Positions 53,585 through 64,000 of a DNA stretch of 64,000 nucleotides are shown here, piece by piece. Numbering within the stretch: the first letter of the stretch is position 1; every line of letters starts with the position of its first letter. A program made the position numbers and the translations under genes. The notes under the pieces were generated by a model, which searched no databases, was not told the origin of the DNA, and saw only the letters and a list, made by a program, of their open reading frames with translations. Source of the DNA: Octopus vulgaris (lineage: Eukaryota); contig OX597817.1 of NCBI GenBank assembly GCA_951406725.2, positions 47,430,001 through 47,494,000 of the forward strand. The letters are read 5' to 3'.

Positions 53585-54510
53585 TAGGCCACGGGTTATA
53601 GTCTCACTTGGCATGCCAGGTCTTCTCAAGCACAGCATGTTTCTAAAGGTCTCGGTCACTAGTCATTGCCTCAGTGAGGCCTAATGTTTGAAGGTCGTGT
53701 TTCACCACCTCATCCCAAGTCTTCCTTGGTCTACCTCTTCCACAGTTTTCCTCAACTGCTAGGGTGTGGCACTTTTTCACACAGCTATCCTCATCCATTC
53801 TCACCACATGACCATACCAGTGCAGTCATCTCTCTTGCACACCACATCTGATACTTCTTAGGTCCAACTTTTCTCTCAAGGAACTTACATTCTGTCGAGT
53901 ATGCACACTGACATTACACATCCAGCGGAGCACGCTGGCTTCATTCCTTGCAACTTACACATGTCCTCAGCAGTCATGGCCCATGTCTCACTGCCATGTA
54001 GCATGGCTGTTCGTACACATGAGTCATACAGTCTACCTTTTACTCTGAGCGAGAGGCCCTTTGTCACCAGCAGAGGTAGGAGCTCTCTGAACTTTGCCCA
54101 AGCTATTCTTATTCTAGCAGCTACACTTTCAGAGCATTCACCCCCACTACTGAAGATTACCTAGGTAATGGAACCTATGAACTACTTCTAGTTTTTCTCC
54201 CTGGAATATGCCAGAAGTTCTTCTCTACACATTTTCATGTTTATTGCTCCCAAGCGTCTGCCACATACAAAAACTATCCTCCCAGTTAGCCTTCCTTTGA
54301 TATTGCTGCACCTCTTATGTGTCCATAGCTTACATTGGGTAAATCTTACAGAGTTTCTACCTACACCTTTTCTACAGATCGAACAGGGCCATCTACCTGA
54401 AGGGATTTGTGGTTTGTCTGCCTTCCTACTTATTAGGACTTTGGTTTCAGCTAGGTTGACCCTAAGGCCCTTCGATTCAAATCCTTACTTCCACACCTGA
54501 AACTTCATAT
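53585..54510 (-). mobile_element. RTE-clade LINE RT fragment, inverted relative to 52374-53430
   Basis: TKGLSLRVKGRLYDSCVRTAMLHGSETWAMTAEDM on minus. Confidence 0.9.
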
Positions 54511-54821
54511 ATATAAATTTATATACACACACACATACATACATGCACACCTAAACATCATATAGACACATTGATCTCCTCATTGTTATCAACAACATCA
54601 GCATTTTTTTTTTATTCTTTCTATCATCAATTTTTCACCACTGGCAGGAGCTTGACTGACCAGCAGTAAACACGTTGTCATTTACTTCAATCATTTGTTA
54701 TTTCTTTCAGGAAGACCAGTATCCTACAGTTCCACTCAAGCCAACCACTTCACCATGACACACACACACCCACATCACGATCAGATACAAACTGATAGCA
54801 GAATATGAAATATTTGGTTAC

Positions 54822-54924
54822 CTGTGTTTGACCTCGTTGAAATAAAGCTGATCCATGCAATGGTTTAAACAAATTAACTTGACAGCGGATATCTCTGACG
54901 TCAGTCAAACCTCGGCCATCACAC
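54822..54924 (-). CDS. PNPT1: PNPT1 (mitochondrial polyribonucleotide nucleotidyltransferase) internal exon, 103 nt
   Basis: cttttggcag|G TGT GAT...ACA CAG|gtaacc; encodes (R)[34 protein letters not shown], the PNPase RxDGR...HGSALFxRGxTQ signature. Confidence 0.96.
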
Positions 54925-55065
54925 CTGCCAAAAGAAGGAAAATCAAGGGTCAAACGTATTGCAGTGTTATGAGATGTGGACAGAAAATTAAACTTGATAT
55001 TACGAATCTATGAAACAGATACAATGGCTGTAAACAGAAATGGTAGTTTCAGGGTGGTAAATATC

Positions 55066-55463
55066 TGTGTGGGCATGACTACATGGTTGAGAACTTTGCT
55101 TTCTAACCATGTATTGTTGGGTTCAGTCCCACTGCATGGCACTTTGAGCAAGTGTCTTCTACCATGGTCCCAGAGCAACCAATGCATTGTAAGTGAATAT
55201 GACAGACAGAAAGAAAGCATTGTGTGTGTAAGAGAGAGAATCAATTACTCTTTTACACTTTTACTTGTTTCAGTCATTTGACTGAGGCCATGCTGGAGCA
55301 CCGCCTTTTAGTCGAGCAAATCGACCGCAGGACTTATTCTTTGTAAGCCTAGTAGTTATTCTATCGGTCTCTTTTGCCAAACCGCTAAGTTACGGGGACG
55401 TAAACACACCACCATCAGTTGTCAAGCGATGTTGGAGGGATAAACACAGACACACAAACATAT

Positions 55464-55504
<41 letters not shown>

Positions 55505-56065
55505 CGACGGGCTTCTTTCAGTTTCTGTCTGCCAAATACACTTGCCCAAGGTGCGCCACAGTGGGATTGAACCCAGAACCATGTGGTTCGTAAGCAAGCT
55601 ACTTACCACACAGCCACTCCTATAAAAATAAATTAGATATATTAAATACAATTCAATAGTTTAGACATGAAACACAAACGTCATTCATGTATACATATAT
55701 ACATATTCTGTGTTTCATGTCCAAACAACTATTATATTATATCTAATATATCAAATCTGTTTATCTACATAATTACCTCTATACCCACTCAACTTGATCC
55801 CTCTTGTAGCCCTGTAAAATTGATTCCCTCTAAAGACTTTGGAGTTTAAGACTGAATCTCTTTGAGCACTATTAAGTGTCTTCTATACTGAGAAACTCTA
55901 GATCTCATCTGTAGCTGTGTGGTAAGAAGCTTGCTTCCCAACCACATGGTTCTGGGTTCCGTCCCGCTGCATGGCACATTGGGCAAATGTCTTCAACAAT
56001 AGCCCCAGGCCGACTATAGCTTGTGAGTGGATTTGGTAGATGGAAACTAAAAGAAGCCCATCATA
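55066..56065. mobile_element. SINE A cluster: head + (55066-55220), full - (55247-55621), head + (55909-56065)
   Basis: Family A consensus in alternating orientation. Confidence 0.85.
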
Positions 56066-57542
56066 TATATATATATAATACATTAAAAGTTAAGTTCAAT
56101 CTTGCTTGCTTGCTTGCAATGTTACACAGCCAAAGTGGAGCATAATGGGAAAATATTTTGAAAGTAAAGTGCCCCTGAAAAGTGAATACGAATGGAATAA
56201 AACAAGTTTCGCACAAATTAGAACAGTAGTTATTGATAGGAAAATACTCTGAAAATAACTTAACCCTGGAAGGGAAGAAACTGTAACCTTTCCATTAGAC
56301 ACATTATGATGGGCAAAATATTTTTGATTGAAAATGACTTTGAAAATATGGTAAATATTTCGTAAAAGACCCATTCGTAACATCGGTGTGACAGTTTTTC
56401 CTTTTCCATAGGTTTCTTTCAAGTGCATTCAATGTATCTCACTGCCAAAGATATGGCTGCTATTTCTAGCACGCCCTGCTACCGCATAACAGCCATTTGC
56501 AATAAAGGACCTGAAATATCTGTTACATATTAGCAGGGCATGCAAGAAATAGCACCCACACCTTTCCTTTTCTGGGGGAAGGTGCCATTTATGTGTAATT
56601 TTGATGTCACATTTGTTGAAAGCATGCAAAATAAAATGGAAAAGAATAAAAAAACACCCACAAAACAAAACTCTGTTGCTGGAAAACTCAAACTTCTCCA
56701 GTGACCCAACAGGTTATGGGTAGTCTACTATGTATATATTTATGTGTGTGTCTTTGTGTTTGTGTTTGACCTTTACCTCTCACTCACCCACCCACCATCA
56801 CTTGACAACCAATGTTGGTGTGTCTGTGTCCCCGAAATGTGTGTGTGTGTGTGTGTGTGTATGTTTATACATTACATGATGGCTGTAAATGAGCATCACT
56901 CTCATTCAAGCAAGGTTGTTTGTTTCAGTGAAAACATATCCAACCATAGAAAATCTGCTTCAAAAAATTTTGTCTGACCCAGGCAGGCATGGGAAAGTGG
57001 GCATTAAATGATGATGAGAACGATAAACCAATGAGAGGTTTAAAACAACACTGAGTAGAGCAACTTGGTAGAAGCAAGAATTAAGCTTCAATTGAGCTGA
57101 CCATTAGGATTACAATCCCATATAATTGCAACAAGTCAGATGAGTGGGGAAACCAGCTGTCAATTTCGAGGCTTATTAGCTGCACTATCAATGCCTTCTT
57201 TCATGTAGTCATGCAATGAACATCAAACTTACAGGCTAAGAAATAAGATGTGAAACCAGGAGCTATATTGCCAAAAAATACAAGAGGTTATAACCAGACC
57301 TCCATGCTATTCTACAAGTCTAAATGTACTGAATGCGTATTATCATCGTCGTTGTTGTCTTCGTCATTGGCATCGCCATTGTCCTCATTGTGATTGTTTT
57401 ACATTCATTTTCTATGCTGGTATTAGTTGGACGGGTCTTCATACTTCAAATTAACACAATTTTGGGGATACTATTCACCTAGACAAGTCGCAGGGCCACA
57501 TCTTACTCATACATCATTTGTACATGTATGCACACACACACA

Positions 57543-57610
<68 letters not shown>

Positions 57611-57882
57611 CACATTCTAATTCACATCCCCATAAATATACATCTGTGAAGTAGGAGACAGACAAACCTAGAATAGAGAGGTATGTCGCTGGTGAAGTTG
57701 GAAATGACAATGAGAGGACTCTGCACACACCTTGGTTTCCCTGACTGGATTCCCTTCCTAATTCCAACAAAAGCACCAGTGTACTGGGTGCTTTTCTCAT
57801 GGAATAAGCACGAGAGAGGTACCATGTCCTCAACAAGGTTAAAGGGTCTTCATAACCTTACACTTTACAGAATATACTAGTG

Positions 57883-58315
57883 CATTTCAAATTCCACTGA
57901 GGTTGGCTGTGCCTTTCAGCCTTTTGAGGTTGATAAATTAAGTACCAGTTAAGTACTGAGGTCAAACTAAGCGACTGGCCCCCTCCCTAAAAATTTCAGG
58001 CCTGGTGCCTAGAATAGAAAAGAATATTGCTGTTGTTTGTTGTTTGTTTTTTCTCGAGCCATGCCTGGATCATTAAGGCCAGTTTCCTGGACGGGATGCC
58101 AGTCTGTCACAGGTGAGCTGCAAGATGCAGGAGGAAAGCGTGAGAGAAAGTTGTGGTGAAAGAGTCAGCAGAAGTCCACCATTACCTTCTGCCAGAGCTG
58201 CGTGGAGCTTAGGTGTTTCGCTCATAAACACACACATCGCCCGGTCTGTGATTTGAACCCACAATCCCTCGACCACGAGTCCGCTGCTCTAACCACTAGG
58301 CCATGTGCCTCCACA
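57883..58315. mobile_element. SINE B 3' part (+) abutting a SINE with a family G-type head (-, 58040-58315)
   Basis: Minus strand starts gtggaggcacatggcctagtggttagagcagcggactcg. Confidence 0.78.
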
Positions 58316-59589
58316 GAAAAGAAGTTGTTTCTGGAAAATGTAATTAAGGTTGTTTTTGATAGGATTCTATGGAAGAGGTACCAAGGGATTTAACCCCTAT
58401 GACCCTCCAAGGGAAAGTGGGCACAGAAAATGAATGAATGGTTTAACTGAATTTCAGGAACTTAAAATCTTGGTTCTATGGATCATAAGTTTAGCTGTAT
58501 TCCTTTGAGAAAGATACTGTACCATAACTGCAGTATGAAGAATTAGAAAAACCTTAAACCAAAAAGAGAATTTGAAAACAGTCAAGGTAGGGTGCTTAAC
58601 TGCATGTGTTTGGATTGTTTCTAAATAAAAGTCGTGTCGAGAAAAAATGGAAGATGCCAGAAAGTTCTGAAAAATCTCACACACGAATTTGAAAAATAAG
58701 CAGAATTTTAATAGATATGAAGAATAAAAGACATTTATTTATAAATAAACTTTCTCAACAATATTAATAAATCCTAATATATCTCCTAAAATAATGACAC
58801 TCATTACTTTGTAAAATAACAAAATTGACAAAAACGTCAACAGCAACAGCAATATTAATAAACTCTAGGGCTCCAGACAGTTTTTACAATCGTTAGTTGA
58901 AAACCATTTCAACAGCATGAGATTGAGTGATGATTTTCCAAATTACATTTTTCAATTTCTATTCCATTTTTCATTTTAATATTTGCTTTATTTTGTATTA
59001 TTAAATCCTATCAAAATCACAAAAGGTCAAAAGAAAAAGCAAAAAAAAATTTAATTGAAAACTGAGAGGAAGTCATACATAAATATCTAGAGACAAAGAA
59101 TGATAAAAGCAACACATACACATACAGACGCAATTTTTTTTTTATCAAATGCTTTAATTTTTTTTTTTTGGTTTTTCTCTTTTTCACAAACAAAAACATT
59201 TATATTTCACACATTCACAGCAAATGAATTTTTATCAGCAAAATCATAACTTCCATTACATTGAAGTGTTATTTAGTTCTGTAAATGAATATTTTATGGC
59301 GATATAAACTAGCTCACCTTTATTTCAATTCTGCTAGAATTTCTTGGGTGAGTATCAAAACCTCTCTTCAGAGATTGAAACATGCAAGTTCAATTACATT
59401 GAGGTATGCTTAGATACATAAAAAGCTAAAAGACACAAGTAATTATTTCTCAATGGCGACAAATGAAAAAAAACTCCACAACTAAGAGAACTGCATTCTA
59501 AGATAAAAAAATTTGTTGTATTCAGCACCAAGCGAAAATCAAATCAAGATTTTATCATTAAATATATATCTACAAGAATTCAATATATG

Positions 59590-60305
59590 TATTATCATAA
59601 TCATCATCAACATCCATTTTCTTTGTTGGCATGGGTTGGATGGTTTCACAGGTGCTGGTAAAACTGGGGGAGGGGGGGACACACACACGCTAGGCTCCAT
59701 TGTCTGTTCTGGCATGGTTTCTACGGCTAGATGCCCTTCCTAATGCCAACCATTTTACAGAGAGCACTGGTTGCTATTTACATGGCATCAGCACCAGTTT
59801 GACATACGTGGCACCATCACCAGTGCTTTTTACTTGGGATGAACACTGGTGCCTTTTACATGGTACCTGTTGCAGTACTTTTTACATAGCACCAGCACTA
59901 ACAGGGTCACAAGTAGCTAGCAAGATAAAAGTTCATAAATATATATATTCTTTTACTTGTTCCAGTCATTTGACTGTGGGCATGGTGGAGCAAATCGACC
60001 TCAAGACTTATTCCATTGGCCTCTTTTGCTGAACTGCTATGTTACAGGGACATAAACACACCAGCAGTGGTTATCAGGCAATGTTGGTGGAGACAAATAC
60101 AGACACACAAACATATACACACACATACATACATATATACACAATAGGCTTCTTTCAGTTTCCATCTATCAAATCCACTCACAAAGCTTTGGTCAGCTCA
60201 AGGCTATAGTAGAAGACACTTACCCAAAGTGCCATGCAGTGGGACTGAACCCAGAACCATGTGCTTGGTAAGCAAGCTACTTACCACACGACCACTCCTG
60301 CGCCC
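59590..60305 (-). mobile_element. RTE tail (59590-59930) and SINE A (59946-60305)
   Basis: Matches to families C and A. Confidence 0.8.
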
Positions 60306-60804
60306 ATATATATATATATATGTATGTGCATGCATACATTTCAGTTGGTGGTGGCAATGCTAGGGAAGTGCCTTGAAGGATTTAGTGTATAAAATTGACC
60401 CAACCCCAATACCTAGCTTTAGGTCTAGTATTTCTTTTATGAGCCTCTAAATTACAAAAATGTAATCAACGCAACACTTGTTATCAAGCAGTGAGAAAGA
60501 AGTATATATACATATACACACATAAATAACATTGAGATGTGCTTTTTATGAAGAACAAATAAATATTTGGATTGGAGCTCGATGTACTTTCAGACTTCGA
60601 CAATCACAAGTAAAATGTATATTCATGGCTATAACACATGAACAGAGCTAAATATGTTAGAAAAGTAATACAAAAATTATCAGAGATATTTTAACACATT
60701 CATTCTTACAGCTGTTTCAATAATTCTTACAGCACAACAAAATTATGTAAGAATTACATCACCAGAGAATCATTTTGAGATGAATATTCATTATATATAC
60801 ATAC

Positions 60805-60843
<39 letters not shown>

Positions 60844-60879
60844 ACACTAATAATCAGATACACTGATTCTGTTTTACCT

Positions 60880-61525
60880 CTGTTATTATTATTATCATCA
60901 TCATCATTATTGTTATAGTTGTTATTTCCTTTTAATCTGCATGTTTTTCCAATCACTTCCAATCACACACCCAACGTCCTAGGGTAAGTGAAGGATGAGA
61001 GATGTTACAGTATGACTGAAAGCTTGGGGAAGGGAGGTGGCAGGGACAGTAGCAAAATATCTTCCTGTAATACAACACAGACATGGTTCTCCTGGAATGT
61101 TATCTAGATGTTTCTGACATCCTTTTTTTTTTTATCATAGCTAGGAACAGTTCTCCTTTTAAGATGTCACGTCTTTTGTATTTCAATTTCCAGGTCCTTA
61201 TATTTACATAATTCATCAAATTCCTTTACAGATATATTTTCATCAGTGGGAACACTCATATCTATTAGTCTACAAGTATTTTTTTCGTCCCTGTCTTTAA
61301 TGACTATGTCTGGTCAATTAGCCTGGAGCATTCTGTCGATGTTGACAGGAATATCCTTGTGGATAGTGACATTTTATCCTTCAATGACGAGCTCAAAATG
61401 ATGTTCATACCAGTAAGCAGGAGTACTGATTTTGTAGTGTTCACATATTTTCTAATGTAAATACTGTCCTATCTTGTCATGGCAATTTTTGTATTTGCTT
61501 GATGTCAGCACAGGACATCCTGAGA
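60880..61525 (-). mobile_element. R4/Dong-like non-LTR 3' end (restriction-like endonuclease domain)
   Basis: ISGCPVL...YKNCHDKIGQYLH*KIC...WYEH...AN*PDIVIKD...LIDMSVP...KYKDLEIEI, ending in (AAT)/(GAT) repeats; several stops. Confidence 0.85.
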
Positions 61526-61529
61526 TTAT

Positions 61530-62079
61530 TATTATTGAGTGAGCGAGCAGAGCATGCCATCAAAGTGACACTGGGGTAAAATATACGAAGCCCAGTATAC
61601 CCATCATGACTACCCGTCTGATAAGGGTACACCAGGCACATGCATCACAACCATATGTGCGCGACATGGTGATCTCATATCAAGATAAACAGCACATGAC
61701 CTTGCAGGTGGAGCCCAGTTAGAATTTTCTTCAGATCGAGTAACCCATTCCGCTCAAAAGGTCCCTGAATAAGGGTTGTTTAAGGACGTTGAACGAAACA
61801 CCCAGGTTTCCAGAGGGGAATTATTCAAACCCCAAAGAATCCTTCTCAACACATGGCTATGATGCTCCCCCACTACTTCTGCTCGTGATCAGAGATGCAC
61901 ATATCGTCAGCCACTAAGGGGCATGCTCAACTGGTTAAGGTCAAACAACTGACAAGCAAATCTGTGGTATTGAGCAGAATATTTGCTGTAGCCCATCTTT
62001 ATACCAAGACAAAAAAATGTACATGATAACACTTCCAATCAGTTAAGATCAGAAGCCATGAGAGCCACTGCCTGGTACT
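61530..62079 (-). mobile_element. Unclassified element of about 550 bp embedded in (AAT)n, probable retroposon 3' end
   Basis: Complex sequence bounded on both sides by (att)n and adjoining the R4/Dong-like fragment. Confidence 0.5.
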
Positions 62080-62817
62080 ATTATTATTATTATTATTATT
62101 ATTATCATTATTATCATTATTATTATTATCATCCTTATTGTTGCTGCTAGTCAACTAGTTAATCAATTAACTAATTGATTGTTTGTTTAGTCATGCAGTC
62201 AATGATTGAATCAGCTAAGGTTTGTCCAGAATCCTCTTCTTGTCATTTCCAACTTCATCAGCGACATAACCTCTCTATTCCAGGTTTGATTGTCTCCTAC
62301 TTCACAGATGTATATTCATGGGGATGTGAATGAGAACGTATGTGTGTGTGAGAGAGTGAGATAGAGAGAGAGTGTGTGTGTGTGTGTGTATGTACATGTG
62401 CACCTATATATGCATGTGTACATGCACGCCTGCGTGGTGTGATGCGGAGTGCACATGCATTCATGTGTCCACATGTGCACACAGTGTGAATTCCGTAAAA
62501 TGTGAATGTAGTTAAATGGTTATTCATTAATTCATTTCATGATGAGTTCCGTTGTCTTTGTAAATGGATTGTGTGTGGGGGCGGAGGTGGGGTTGGGTGT
62601 CCATCAGTACATGTGCATGCATAGATGAACATTCAAGTCCAGATGCTTACTCATTTCTGGAAGGGAATGGATGGTGCAGATCAAAATTAAAATTTTATGA
62701 ATCACCTCATCTTTCATCTTAATAACCCATGGGAATAAGCAATCTATCAACCAACGAACTGAAATTCACATGTACGAAATACACAAATGTATGTTCGTTT
62801 GTTAACACACAAATATA

Positions 62818-63024
62818 TTTCTTTTATTCTTTTATTTGAGGCCATGCTGGAGCACTGCCTTTAGTCAAACAAATCACACCCAGGACTTACTCTTTGTAGG
62901 CCTAGTACTTATTCTATCGGTCTTTTGTCGAACCACTAAGTTACGTGGATGTAAACACACCAGCATCGGTTGTCAAGCGATGTTGGTGGGGGGACAAACA
63001 CAGACATACAAACATATATATACA

Positions 63025-63069
<45 letters not shown>

Positions 63070-63310
63070 GCATATATATATATATACACACAGACATACA
63101 CAGACACACAAATACATACATGCATATGCATGTATTGGTATAAATACAATGGGTTTCTTTCAGTTTCCATCTACCAAGCCCTCTCACAAGGCTTTGGTCG
63201 GCCCGAGGCTATAGTAGGAAACACTCGCTAACGATGCCCCATAGTGGAACTGAACCCAGAACCATGTGGTTGGGAAGCAAGCTTGTTACCACACAGCCAC
63301 TCCTGTGCCT
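62818..63310 (-). mobile_element. Near full-length SINE A
   Basis: Family A consensus. Confidence 0.85.
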
Positions 63311-63780
63311 ATATATTTACTAACTTAGCACACCCAATAATGCATGTTCACAAACCTATAAGTCTATGAGTTTCTTTTCCCTCCCAAGGGAGTAGACATT
63401 AGGGATGGGTCCAACATGTCCACCATACTATCTGATTTACACTGTGTTTATGGTGCAAAACAAGATCAATTGCTATAAGATGAGGACAGGCATCAATTCT
63501 TCAACTACTGGATATTTCATTCATTATATCTTTTATAACATATATCAAAAGCCAGTGGGGTACATGGATGGTTTTCAGTGAACCAGTAAATAAGGGACTG
63601 GCTGGAGCAGGGTACCTTAACCCTTTAACATACCATTGGACTTAAGCAGTTCAAATACTGGACTGAATTTAAAAGTGGGGCAAAGGAAACCCAATATTGG
63701 AACGGATTATGTGGAAGATACCATTAGGCTGACTACGCAGAATGCAAATCACAAGATGTGATGATCGAATAGTGTAAAAT

Positions 63781-63815
<35 letters not shown>

Positions 63816-63824
63816 CACACACAG

Positions 63825-64000
63825 GAAACATGGGATGAGGTGGTGAAGCATGACTTTTGAACACTGGGCCTAACAGTGACAATGACAAAAGACTGAGAAC
63901 TCTGGAGATATGCTGTGACTGAGAAGACTTGCCAAATAAAGTGAGTTCACAGCTGTAATCTACACCAGTGTTGCATACCCAGCCCACTCAAAAGTACCCT
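63825..64000 (+). mobile_element. RTE LINE ORF end and start of 3' UTR
   Basis: RKHGMRW / WDEVVKHD-like segment homologous to 52720-52890. Confidence 0.75.

Noticed and set aside
62706-62758. Possible upstream PNPT1 exon
   Set aside because: Has AG/GT ends but no frame resembles PNPase; the candidate near 59318 has a stop in the required phase.

Overview
AT-rich, microsatellite- and retroposon-saturated animal DNA. The SINE and LINE-tail families look like those of Octopus (organism inferred, not proven). The only host coding sequence I can support is four small minus-strand exons (54822-54924, 35424-35482, 23145-23181, 1343-1409). They splice in frame with GT-AG sites into (R)[34 protein letters not shown]|VFCTVAFDSLESAMKLDPAS|DIKDKNFMLHYE|[22 protein letters not shown](G), the start of the second RNase PH domain of mitochondrial polynucleotide phosphorylase (PNPT1). 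Only 266 coding nt span 53.6 kb (introns 19,339, 12,242 and 21,735 bp); the flanking exons were not found in the window. The introns hold at least three tRNA-derived SINE families, RTE-clade LINE fragments and many 3' tails, R4/Dong-like fragments, piggyBac-, hAT-, mariner- and pogo-type MITEs, a Helitron, Penelope-like repeats with a hammerhead-like motif, LINE-derived minisatellites and some repeat-free islands that may be regulatory. Almost all ORFs in the supplied track are microsatellite artefacts. No CRISPR array or prokaryotic system is present. Coordinates were read by eye: exon, TIR and TSD boundaries were counted, other repeat boundaries are approximate.
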